Part shown: piece after piece, positions 56,299 through 64,000 of the stretch | How positions within the stretch are numbered: the stretch's first letter is position 1 | Layout of the letters: each line of letters opens with the position of its first letter | DNA from: an uncultured Pseudomonadales bacterium | GTDB taxonomy: Bacteria; Patescibacteriota; Microgenomatia; UBA1400; MFAQ01 | DNA: 64,000 nucleotides | Reading direction: 5' to 3' | Assembly (NCBI GenBank): GCA_964429015.1 | Contig: CAYSAM010000003.1 | Span: forward strand, 6,378 to 70,377 | Translations under genes and position numbers: made by a program | The notes under the pieces: model-generated | What the model was told of the DNA's origin: nothing | What the model saw: the letters and a program-made list of their open reading frames with translations, nothing else | Database searches by the model: none

Positions 56299-58155
56299 TC
56301 AATGTAGTGGGCTTTTTTGTGACAAAAACTCTTTACTAAAGTAAACTCCATTTTGTGACTCCCGTAAGTCAAATCCAAAAGCTCTTCTACTTACAGCAAT
56401 TATTGGTGGTGCCTGAATTCTTTTAAAAATATTCACTTTATATAGTTTCCATTTTTGTTCCAAATCTTCTATAAAACTTTCTCTAGAATCAAAATAACTA
56501 TCAATTGAGATTTTTAATCCAAAATCTTTTGTTAGGGTTCCAGTATCGTATTTTTGTAATATAGTTTGGGGATCCAGTCTCCACTCAACAAAAGCCTTTA
56601 TCAATTTATCGTGATATGGATAGTTTATAGGGTCGCCTTTGCCGATAGTTACATCTTGCTCACTGCTAAGCTCTGCCGAAGGTACTACTTTAATAATTTC
56701 CAAAGGAATTACTATTCTTCCTGCTTTACTATTTATATACTCAGCCATCTCGTAAATTTGTCCTTTATACAAATCAGCAATTGGGGCAAATGCTCCGCTT
56801 ACATCTCCATATAGAGTGCAGTAACCAAGTGCTGTTTCTGTTTTATTTCCATTGTTCACAAATACTCCACCTGCACAAGCTGAAATCGCAGCCAAAATTC
56901 TAGCACTTCTATCTCTTGCTTGTATGTTTTCAGTTACCACACTGGTTACTTCTAAGCCAGCCTCTTTTAATTGCTCAATAGTCATATCAACAGATTTCTG
57001 AATCGGAACCACCTTGTAATCAATATTAAGGTTTGCTGCCAGTTGTGCCGCCGCTGTTTTTGTTAGCTCAGAGTTAAAAACTGAAGGCATGTTCACCCCC
57101 AAAATATTTTCCGATCCAAGTGCCTCCACTAGAAGTGCGGCAACCACGGCAGAATCAATACCGCCACTAAGCCCAATTACTACTTTTTTACTCGGCAAAG
57201 AATTAAAAAATCTCGTAATTCCAAAAACTAGCCCTGTGTAAAGTTCTGCTAAATCACTCTCTTCTAATGTAGTCCTTTCGTTCTCACTGTTGCGATAGTT
57301 CGTCAAAGAAATATCATTATCAACATCTATTTCTGCACTTATTATTTCCTCCTTATATTTCCCAGCCTGTTTAACAACATTTCCTGCCTTGTCATACATG
57401 GTTGAACTACCGTCAAAAAGAAATATGTTTTTACCATTGTTTTGCGTACCTGTGTTGTTGCAGTACAAAAAAGGTACTTTGAGTGCCTCAATATGTTCCT
57501 TTATTACTCTGTGGCGCTTGTTATTTTTTTGTATGGTCCAGGGTGAGCAGGAGATATTAACCAAAATATTGGCTCCATTTTTTACCAATACTTTACTTGG
57601 GTCGACAGTATAGTCACTGCTCCACATGTCCTCGCATAGCATTAGCCCCAAACTTATTTTTTTGTCTTTTATTATCACTTCAAATGGTAAAAGTAAGTCT
57701 TCTATTTTTTTACTTTCTTCCAAGGCAAGTTTTTGTAAGGAAAAAAAGTGTCTTTCATCATCAAACTCCCGGTACTTAGGCATAAGAGTCTTGTAGCTTC
57801 TTCCCTCAAAAACACCATTGCTCACCCACTGCTTGTCTTGGGCAATAAACACACTGTTATATTTTCTCCATCTTCCATCTTCTCCTTTTTTGTTTTTGTC
57901 TACAAACACATTTCCCCACACTATAACCATTCCTTCAGATTTTTGCTTTATGATGTCGTTGGCTTTCATCAGCTCATCTACAAAAGATTCATTTTCCCAC
58001 TCATCACCCAGCAAGTATCCGCCCACCACCATTTCAGAAAAAACTAATATTTCTATACCCTCATTTTTTGCCTGGTCAATTTTGTCAATAATTTTCAAAA
58101 GGTTAGCTTTAGGGTTACCTGGTAGCACCTCAATTTGAGCTAGTGCAATTTTCAT
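56299..58155 (-). CDS. nadE: Glutamine-dependent NAD+ synthetase
   Basis: Nitrilase domain (FSE, K..MP.Y.EFD, CEDMW) plus GLSGGIDSA, ENIQAR, GNKTE, PSAEL. Confidence 0.95.
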   Translation of the reverse strand: MKIALAQIEVLPGNPKANLLKIIDKIDQAKNEGIEILVFSEMVVGGYLLGDEWENESFVDELMKANDIIKQKSEGMVIVWGNVFVDKNKKGEDGRWRKYNSVFIAQDKQWVSNGVFEGRSYKTLMPKYREFDDERHFFSLQKLALEESKKIEDLLLPFEVIIKDKKISLGLMLCEDMWSSDYTVDPSKVLVKNGANILVNISCSPWTIQKNNKRHRVIKEHIEALKVPFLYCNNTGTQNNGKNIFLFDGSSTMYDKAGNVVKQAGKYKEEIISAEIDVDNDISLTNYRNSENERTTLEESDLAELYTGLVFGITRFFNSLPSKKVVIGLSGGIDSAVVAALLVEALGSENILGVNMPSVFNSELTKTAAAQLAANLNIDYKVVPIQKSVDMTIEQLKEAGLEVTSVVTENIQARDRSARILAAISACAGGVFVNNGNKTETALGYCTLYGDVSGAFAPIADLYKGQIYEMAEYINSKAGRIVIPLEIIKVVPSAELSSEQDVTIGKGDPINYPYHDKLIKAFVEWRLDPQTILQKYDTGTLTKDFGLKISIDSYFDSRESFIEDLEQKWKLYKVNIFKRIQAPPIIAVSRRAFGFDLRESQNGVYFSKEFLSQKSPLH

Positions 58156-58670
58156 ATGTTTTTATAGCAGTTTATTATTAAATCCATTGCCTTTATATCT
58201 ACAAACTTCTCCAGGTTTTTATAATCTTTGTCCTCAATTAGTTTCCTTACTTCAGTAGCTGAACAAACATTTTTCATGTCGCATCTATTTATCAAGATTT
58301 CAGTTTCAAATTTTTCAGCCAGTATCTCCAGGTCTTGCTCCAAACCACCATAAAACTTAAATCTCTCTCCTCTAGACATGGCTAGTTCCTCAATGCTTTT
58401 TAGCCATTGTTCATTTGTGCTGCCGTCAAAATGCTCCAAGTTTGGCTTGCCGTCTGGTAGGGGCAAAATTTCAATATCAGGGAAAGAGGTGGCAATTATT
58501 TTCTTCCTATCCTCATATCCGTAGGGGGTTCTCTTACTAATGGCATTAGAGGATCCAACTAAAACAAGGACATTTTTTATGTCCACTTTATCGATAAGTG
58601 CAGAAAGTAGCTTCTTGTGTCCGTTGTGAAAGGGGGCAAATCTTCCCAGGTATACATGTTTTTCTCTCAT
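58152..58670 (-). CDS. NadM/NadR-type nucleotidyltransferase (probable NMN adenylyltransferase)
   Basis: GRFAPFHNGH, VGSSN, SATEVR; overlaps the nadE start. Confidence 0.8.
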   Translation of the reverse strand: MREKHVYLGRFAPFHNGHKKLLSALIDKVDIKNVLVLVGSSNAISKRTPYGYEDRKKIIATSFPDIEILPLPDGKPNLEHFDGSTNEQWLKSIEELAMSRGERFKFYGGLEQDLEILAEKFETEILINRCDMKNVCSATEVRKLIEDKDYKNLEKFVDIKAMDLIINCYKNI

Positions 58671-58745
58671 AGTGTATATTGTACACTACAATTCAGCTAT
58701 TTTTCAAGCTTCTGTATATAATTACTGTATTACTAACAATCAAAT

Positions 58746-59276
58746 ATGAAAAAAAGAACAATCCTAGCCACAGCTGTTGGTCTTACCATCATAGCTACAT
58801 CTCCAGCGCACGCCGCACTCCAAGAGCGTATCCAGGTCCGTCAAGAGCGCATGGAAAACCGTCAGGAGCAAATTCAAGAAAACAGGGATGAAAGGGTCGA
58901 AAATAGGCAGCAACGCCGAAGCGATATCGCCGAAAACCACGCCCTAAGACTCGAAAAACGTTTTGGTAGCTACTACACCCGTTTAAGTGCCATAGTTACC
59001 AAAATCCAAGCCAGAATCGACGCCTCCACCACCAAAAACACCACAGAGGCACAATCAAAATTAAATGAAGCCAAAACCAAGCTAGAGCAAGCTAAGGTAA
59101 GCGCCGATAGTGCCATTGCTCAGTTTAAAGCCATAGACCCCACCAAGTGGGAAGAACAAAAGGAAAAAGCCAAGTTGGCCAGAGATGAAGCCAACAAAGC
59201 TCGTCAAGGTTTTATCGATACTCTAAAGCTCTTAAATGAGTCAGTAAAGTTACTAAAGTCAGCCCCAGTTAAATAA
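58746..59276 (+). CDS. Secreted coiled-coil protein
   Basis: Signal peptide ending AHA; Q/E/R-rich helices. Confidence 0.75.
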   Translation: MKKRTILATAVGLTIIATSPAHAALQERIQVRQERMENRQEQIQENRDERVENRQQRRSDIAENHALRLEKRFGSYYTRLSAIVTKIQARIDASTTKNTTEAQSKLNEAKTKLEQAKVSADSAIAQFKAIDPTKWEEQKEKAKLARDEANKARQGFIDTLKLLNESVKLLKSAPVK

Positions 59277-59281
59277 AGAAT

Positions 59282-59530
59282 ATGAAAAATAATCTAAAAA
59301 AAGCTTCTCTTCTATTTCTTGGTGCCGTATTGTTATCTGCTTGCAGTCTCTCCCTTCCCAAAAAAGATACTGATATGGGAGCTGAAGATAATAACAAAAT
59401 TGAAAACGTAAGCCCATCTGTTACCGAAAGCCCAACACCTACTCTTACCAAAGATAATAGTTTGGAGAGCATCGAGTCAGATTTAAAGAATACTACAGTT
59501 CTGGAGGAAGACTTTACTAACATCAAGTAA
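59282..59530 (+). CDS. Small lipoprotein
   Basis: Lipobox LSAC. Confidence 0.7.
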   Translation: MKNNLKKASLLFLGAVLLSACSLSLPKKDTDMGAEDNNKIENVSPSVTESPTPTLTKDNSLESIESDLKNTTVLEEDFTNIK

Positions 59531-59795
59531 ACTCTTTGCTTTTATAGCAAAAGGAGGTCATCATGGCCTCTTTTTGTTTTTTTGTCAGTTTTTTAATTTC
59601 CGCCTCTCGTCTCATTGCCGCGCTTCTGTTTACATGTTTTTCTGCAAACACTAGCTCAAAACTCTCAAACATTCTCAAGTACTTGGCGCCATATTTTCCC
59701 TTTGTATGCTCTTCAACTCTTCGCTCCAAATTATTTGTTTGACCTACATAAAGGGTTCCTTTGTTTGTTCTTAAAATATATACAAAATATGTCAT
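59523..59795 (-). CDS. GIY-YIG nuclease family protein (UPF0213-like)
   Basis: FVYIL...LYVGQTNNLERR..EH..G.GAKY...A.RRE..IK. Confidence 0.9.
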   Translation of the reverse strand: MTYFVYILRTNKGTLYVGQTNNLERRVEEHTKGKYGAKYLRMFESFELVFAEKHVNRSAAMRREAEIKKLTKKQKEAMMTSFCYKSKEFT

Positions 59796-59819
59796 GGGGA
59801 TCTATAATTTTTATGCTAC

Positions 59820-61592
59820 ATGAATCTTAATTTGCTCAGTGAACCTATTATAGTTTTACTTTCTTTAATTGTAAGTTTTATTCTCACTCTTCTAAACCAA
59901 GATCTCTTAAGTAATCTTCTTGCAATTACTGCTATTGTTTACGGTAGTAAATCTTTGGTTGTATCTACCTGGGAATCGCTCAAGTCCAAAAACTTGGCTC
60001 TAGATTATATTGCTATCCTTGCTATTCTTACTGGTTTATTTTCAGGTAATTTTTTGGTTGCCTTAGTTATAGTTCTTATGATGTCTGGTGGAAACACCCT
60101 AGAGCGTTTCGCCAAGTCAAAAGCTAGTACCTCTCTTAAAAATCTTATTTCCCGTCTTCCTAAAACAGTCGAGGTTTTGGAAGGAAATAAGCAGTTTTCC
60201 AAAGAAATTGATACTGTTGCCATTGGTAGTATTGTGTTGGTTCGCAAGGGTGAGGTGGTGCCCTTAGATGGTGTTTTATTGAGCGCCAGGGCTATGTTAG
60301 ACGAATCTAGTCTTACCGGTGAAAGTTTGCCCAATTTAAAAAGATCAGGAAACCTAGTCAAAAGTGGCACTGTAAATGTTGGTAACGTTCTTACTCTAAA
60401 AACTACCGTCACTAGCAAAAACTCTGTTTACTCACAAATTGTTCGCTTGGTAAAAGAAGCTCAATCGAGCAAGGCACCTCTTACACGTTTAGCAGACAGT
60501 CTTAGTGGTTGGTTTACTTTGTTTACATTACTTTTATGTTCTTTGGCTTACTATTTGTCCCCAGATATCAATCGTATCCTTGCTATTTTGGTCATTGCTA
60601 CTCCATGCCCGTTAATATTAGCTGCCCCTATTGCATTTATTGGTGGTATTAACTCCGCTGCCAAAAAAAGAATCATCATCAAAAATATTTCCGCTCTCGA
60701 GTCGTTGGCAAAAGTTAACGCCATGGTTTTCGACAAAACAGGCACACTAACTTTTGGCTATCCAGAGCTGCAGACTCTCACTGTTATTAGCCCTCACTTC
60801 ACCAAAAAGGAAATTCTGAAAATTGCTTCTGGCTTAGAAATCAATTCGCTTCATCCTTATGCTCGTAGTTTAGTAAACGAAAGCAAAAAACAACAAATAA
60901 TTCCCGCAAAATTTTTAAGCATTACAGAAGAGATAGGAAAAGGTATAAAAGGCATTTATAAAGGAAGTACTTTTTCCTTACTCAAAAATGCCACTGATCC
61001 TACTAAAATAATTCTTCTTCAAAAATCCAAAAAAATAGCCACTTTTTCGTTTGTCGACAAAATAAAACCAGAAACCATTTCTTCTCTAAAGCGCTTTAGC
61101 GAACAGAAAATTAAACTCCACATCTTTACGGGAGATACAAAAGAAAAAACCAAACAAATTACCGATAAGTTTTCTTTTCCAGTAGAGGTCCATGCCGATT
61201 GCACTCCCAAATCCAAACAGGCTGGTATTAAAGAAATTAAAGAAAATTATTCTGTTGCCATGGTGGGTGATGGTATCAACGACGCACCAGCCCTAGCTCT
61301 AGCCGATGTTGGCTTGGCATTCAGTCATCATCAGCAGACAGCCTCCACCGAGGCAGCTGACATCGTCTTGGTAGGTAGCAATTTTGATCAAGTCCTAGAT
61401 TCAGTCAAAATAGCCAAAAACACTCTCAAAATTGCCAAACAAAGTATGTATGCTGGTGTTATTCTCAGTCTTTTGGGAATGGTCTTTGCTTTTCTTGGTC
61501 TTCTCAACCCTCTTACTGGGTCGCTCACTCAAGAGATTATCGATGTTGCTGTAATTCTCAATGCTCTTCGAGCTATCCAAGCACCTCACTAA
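59820..61592 (+). CDS. Heavy-metal P1B-type ATPase
   Basis: LTGES, TPCP, DKTGTLT, HP, GDGINDAPAL. Confidence 0.95.
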   Translation: MNLNLLSEPIIVLLSLIVSFILTLLNQDLLSNLLAITAIVYGSKSLVVSTWESLKSKNLALDYIAILAILTGLFSGNFLVALVIVLMMSGGNTLERFAKSKASTSLKNLISRLPKTVEVLEGNKQFSKEIDTVAIGSIVLVRKGEVVPLDGVLLSARAMLDESSLTGESLPNLKRSGNLVKSGTVNVGNVLTLKTTVTSKNSVYSQIVRLVKEAQSSKAPLTRLADSLSGWFTLFTLLLCSLAYYLSPDINRILAILVIATPCPLILAAPIAFIGGINSAAKKRIIIKNISALESLAKVNAMVFDKTGTLTFGYPELQTLTVISPHFTKKEILKIASGLEINSLHPYARSLVNESKKQQIIPAKFLSITEEIGKGIKGIYKGSTFSLLKNATDPTKIILLQKSKKIATFSFVDKIKPETISSLKRFSEQKIKLHIFTGDTKEKTKQITDKFSFPVEVHADCTPKSKQAGIKEIKENYSVAMVGDGINDAPALALADVGLAFSHHQQTASTEAADIVLVGSNFDQVLDSVKIAKNTLKIAKQSMYAGVILSLLGMVFAFLGLLNPLTGSLTQEIIDVAVILNALRAIQAPH

Positions 61593-61698
61593 AACCAATC
61601 TACTGATACAAACAAGATTCTAAAGAATTAAGCACTTGCAATTATATAGTGTATATGTTACACTAATTTAGTCGTCGCTCTCTGACAAAAGGAGAAAA

Positions 61699-62001
61699 AT
61701 GGCTACCAAACCTATCACCCCAAAAGACGCAACTCTTCTCAAAGTTTCTACTATTCCAGACGCAGTCTTTGAAGCTTTTAATGAGTTAATCGCAGAAAAC
61801 TTCGATGGGCACTCTTCTTGTTTTACTGAGAAAAAAGTAGTTGCTCGCATCGTTAAAAAAGGCATAAGTTCAAAAACTGCTTACGATAATCACTGGCTCG
61901 ATGTAGAACCTCTCTACGAGAAAGCTGGCTGGAAGGTAGAATACGATAAACCAGGTTTCAACGAAAGCTATGACGCCACCTTTACTTTTACCAAAAAGTA
62001 A
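61699..62001 (+). CDS. Hypothetical protein (self-contained cassette)
   Basis: Promoter TTGCAA-17-TACACT (61636-61664), SD AAGGAG, terminator at 62024-62048. Confidence 0.7.
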   Translation: MATKPITPKDATLLKVSTIPDAVFEAFNELIAENFDGHSSCFTEKKVVARIVKKGISSKTAYDNHWLDVEPLYEKAGWKVEYDKPGFNESYDATFTFTKK

Positions 62002-62066
62002 CTCTCTTTTTTACTCTAAACTCAGACGGAGTTAACTCTCCGTCTTTTATTAAATACAAACAAATC

Positions 62067-62438
62067 CTAGTTCTTTCCGCTCTGTCGGTAGTGTTTTTTT
62101 ATTTCCCAGTACTTGTTACTGGCGCCCGATGATTTCATTAGTTTTGCTGGGTACTTCTTCTTGTTGTGTTTAATCTTTTCTCTGACTGCTTTTAGTGCGT
62201 CAAATTTAAGGATTACTGCCATATCAAAACAGTAAATCATTATGTCTGCTAGTTCTTTTTTTATTCCGTTCAATTTCTCATAATCATCAAGCAATTCTTG
62301 TATTTTTGGGTCGGACCATTGGAAATGCTCAAGTAGTTCGGCAGACTCAATTGATATAGACTTTGCTACGTTGGCAGGCTTAAGATTTAGCCAATTTCTC
62401 GCTTTTAGGTAGTTTCGGATAACCTTTTGTGTTCTCAT
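62067..62438 (-). CDS. MazG-like nucleotide pyrophosphohydrolase
   Basis: SIESAELLEHFQW, ELADIMIY, KI..N.KKYP. Confidence 0.88.
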   Translation of the reverse strand: MRTQKVIRNYLKARNWLNLKPANVAKSISIESAELLEHFQWSDPKIQELLDDYEKLNGIKKELADIMIYCFDMAVILKFDALKAVREKIKHNKKKYPAKLMKSSGASNKYWEIKKHYRQSGKN

Positions 62439-62441
62439 AAC

Positions 62442-62672
62442 TTACAAATTTAACATTGTAAACACTTTGTAAACTAACACTGCTGGCCAAAAGAACGCTT
62501 TACCTATCGCCCACAAAATCATTTCCAAGCCGTGTGCATTTTGTAAAAAGTAAAACAACGCACCCAACATACCTAGCCCATATATTGCACCAGATTCTCC
62601 TCCTTTATTATAATTTCTGTTTTTAATTATTATCTTTTCTCCCTTTGGTGTCACGAAAGACTTGTTTTTCAT
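62442..62672 (-). CDS. Small membrane protein
   Basis: ATG 62672; GAIYGLG.LGA.FYF...KAFFWPA.LVY. Confidence 0.7.
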   Translation of the reverse strand: MKNKSFVTPKGEKIIIKNRNYNKGGESGAIYGLGMLGALFYFLQNAHGLEMILWAIGKAFFWPAVLVYKVFTMLNL

Positions 62673-62713
62673 ACCCTTATCATACTGCAATTCAAAGCAT
62701 CTATAATATAACC

Positions 62714-63127
62714 ATGTCCTCAATAACTATCGAAGTTACAGTAAAGTCATCAGTAGAAAAAGTCTGGGAGTATTGGACAGAACCACAACATATTACAAAT
62801 TGGAATTATGCCAGCGATGATTGGTGTTGCCCCAAGGCAGTTAACAACTTAGTTGTTGGAGGTCGTTTTAGCTACACAATGGCAGCTGTAGATGGTACTA
62901 ACAGTTTTGATTTCTCAGGAGTTTATACTCAAATCGAAAGACTAAAGAAAATAAACTACAAACTTGATGATAATCGCCAAGTTCAAATAATTTTCGAAAA
63001 GAATTCAGAATCAACCACCAAAATTATTGAGAACTTCGAAATCGAATCAGAAAACAGTGAGAAGCTCCAAAGAGATGGTTGGCAAGCAATTTTAAACAAC
63101 TTTAAAAAGTACTCAGAAAGTCTATAG
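62714..63127 (+). CDS. SRPBCC/AHSA1-family protein
   Basis: KVWEYWTEPQHI..W, GG.F...M.A.DG..FDF.G, Q..GWQAIL.NFK. Confidence 0.88.
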   Translation: MSSITIEVTVKSSVEKVWEYWTEPQHITNWNYASDDWCCPKAVNNLVVGGRFSYTMAAVDGTNSFDFSGVYTQIERLKKINYKLDDNRQVQIIFEKNSESTTKIIENFEIESENSEKLQRDGWQAILNNFKKYSESL

Positions 63128-63203
63128 GTAAATGCAAAACCTATCTTCGGTCAAACTCATAAGACAAGAACACTTCTCGTAAAAAGTATTAAAATATCTC
63201 TAT

Positions 63204-63470
63204 ATGAAAAAATCAAACGACATGTGCGAAAGTTGCCTCATGCCTTTCAAAAAAGATCCCAAAGGTGAAAACAGAGAACATAAAAATTTTTGCTCGTACT
63301 GCTATGCAGGCGGCAAGTTATGTTACCCAGGGGCAGACCTCAAAGAGTTCCAGCAAGCTATGATCAAAGCTATAACAGTTAGGGGAGAAAGCAAAATCAA
63401 AGCCCACATTTTCGCCTTTATGGCCAGCTTCGCCCCTCGCTGGCAAAAAGGCTACCAATATCCTAACTAA
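63204..63470 (+). CDS. Zinc-ribbon domain protein
   Basis: CESCLMP...FCSYCY..G...PRW. Confidence 0.75.
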   Translation: MKKSNDMCESCLMPFKKDPKGENREHKNFCSYCYAGGKLCYPGADLKEFQQAMIKAITVRGESKIKAHIFAFMASFAPRWQKGYQYPN

Positions 63471-63910
63471 TTCCACCCACTCACAGAAAAGGCAATTTTA
63501 TTTTGGTAGTTTTTAATAGCCTCCTTTATATAAGGTAGAGTATTTTCTGGTAAATTATCAATTGGATACCAGTCTAACGCATCACACTTATTTGGTTCTC
63601 CTATTACAATTTCTCCCTGCCACTTTGTAATTACAAAGAAAAAATCGATATACTCTTCATCTGGTGATTTGCGATGAATAACCGTAGCGGGAATCAAATC
63701 TTCTTCTCGTACTACAATTACAGCTTCTTCAAAAGCTTCTCTAATCATGGCCTCGTTTACAGACTCATTTCCGTCCAAATGACCAGCTATAAGGCTATAA
63801 AATCCATCCATCCAGCCAGTCTGAAATCTTCGCGATAACAATATCTTGTTGTCCACAATTGGCATTAAGTAAACTGCTGACTTTGGTCTGAATCTTTCTC
63901 CACTTCCCAT
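63467..63910 (-). CDS. NUDIX hydrolase
   Basis: AGHLDGNES..EAMIREAFEE Nudix box; EPNKC..L.W. Confidence 0.9.
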   Translation of the reverse strand: MGSGERFRPKSAVYLMPIVDNKILLSRRFQTGWMDGFYSLIAGHLDGNESVNEAMIREAFEEAVIVVREEDLIPATVIHRKSPDEEYIDFFFVITKWQGEIVIGEPNKCDALDWYPIDNLPENTLPYIKEAIKNYQNKIAFSVSGWN

Positions 63911-64000
63911 TAGGCAATTATAACAAGCTCATAATGACTTTTGTAATTATGAGCGCAGTTATAAGAGGCTCTGTAATCAGAGACAGGAAGATGACGAGCA

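Noticed and set aside
740-61865. Numerous 60-140 aa antisense or alternate-frame ORFs within ribosomal and housekeeping genes
   Set aside because: Shadow ORFs fully overlapping well-supported genes, with no motifs or start signals.
1-64000. Alternative genetic code (UGA recoding as in Gracilibacteria)
   Set aside because: Conserved genes translate full-length under code 11 and TGA serves as a normal stop (e.g. map/adk overlap, secD, A2M).
63927-64000. Hairpin gctcataat...attatgagc at the window end as a possible ncRNA
   Set aside because: Truncated by the window edge and no recognisable family motif.

Overview
Chromosomal segment of a small-genome bacterium using genetic code 11, most likely Patescibacteria/CPR of the Microgenomates type. 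That assignment rests on the missing L30 between S5 and L15, a MEMO1-CapA fusion, a DUF5679-like gene and short palindromes inside genes. It carries the S10/spc/alpha ribosomal cluster (rplP to rpsI), recA-recX-rny, HU-miaB-miaA, RNase P RNA, tRNA-Pro(GGG), secDF, a CCA-adding enzyme, an RSH, gltX and nadE. Main observations: (1) a 1727-aa alpha-2-macroglobulin lacks the CxEQ thioester and has a 129-aa Hint domain exactly in the bait region. (2) A 6-kb array of self-contained orphan cassettes sits between rplO and secY; several appear to share one divergent ~65-aa domain and a related promoter. (3) Two gene insertions duplicated the 3' end of the upstream gene with only synonymous changes. (4) Core genes show pervasive leaderless architecture, whereas accessory genes are SD-led. 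(5) Several families of short palindromic repeats occur, two of them next to a RAYT and a DUF559 gene. All family calls come from motif recognition by eye; no database searches were run.
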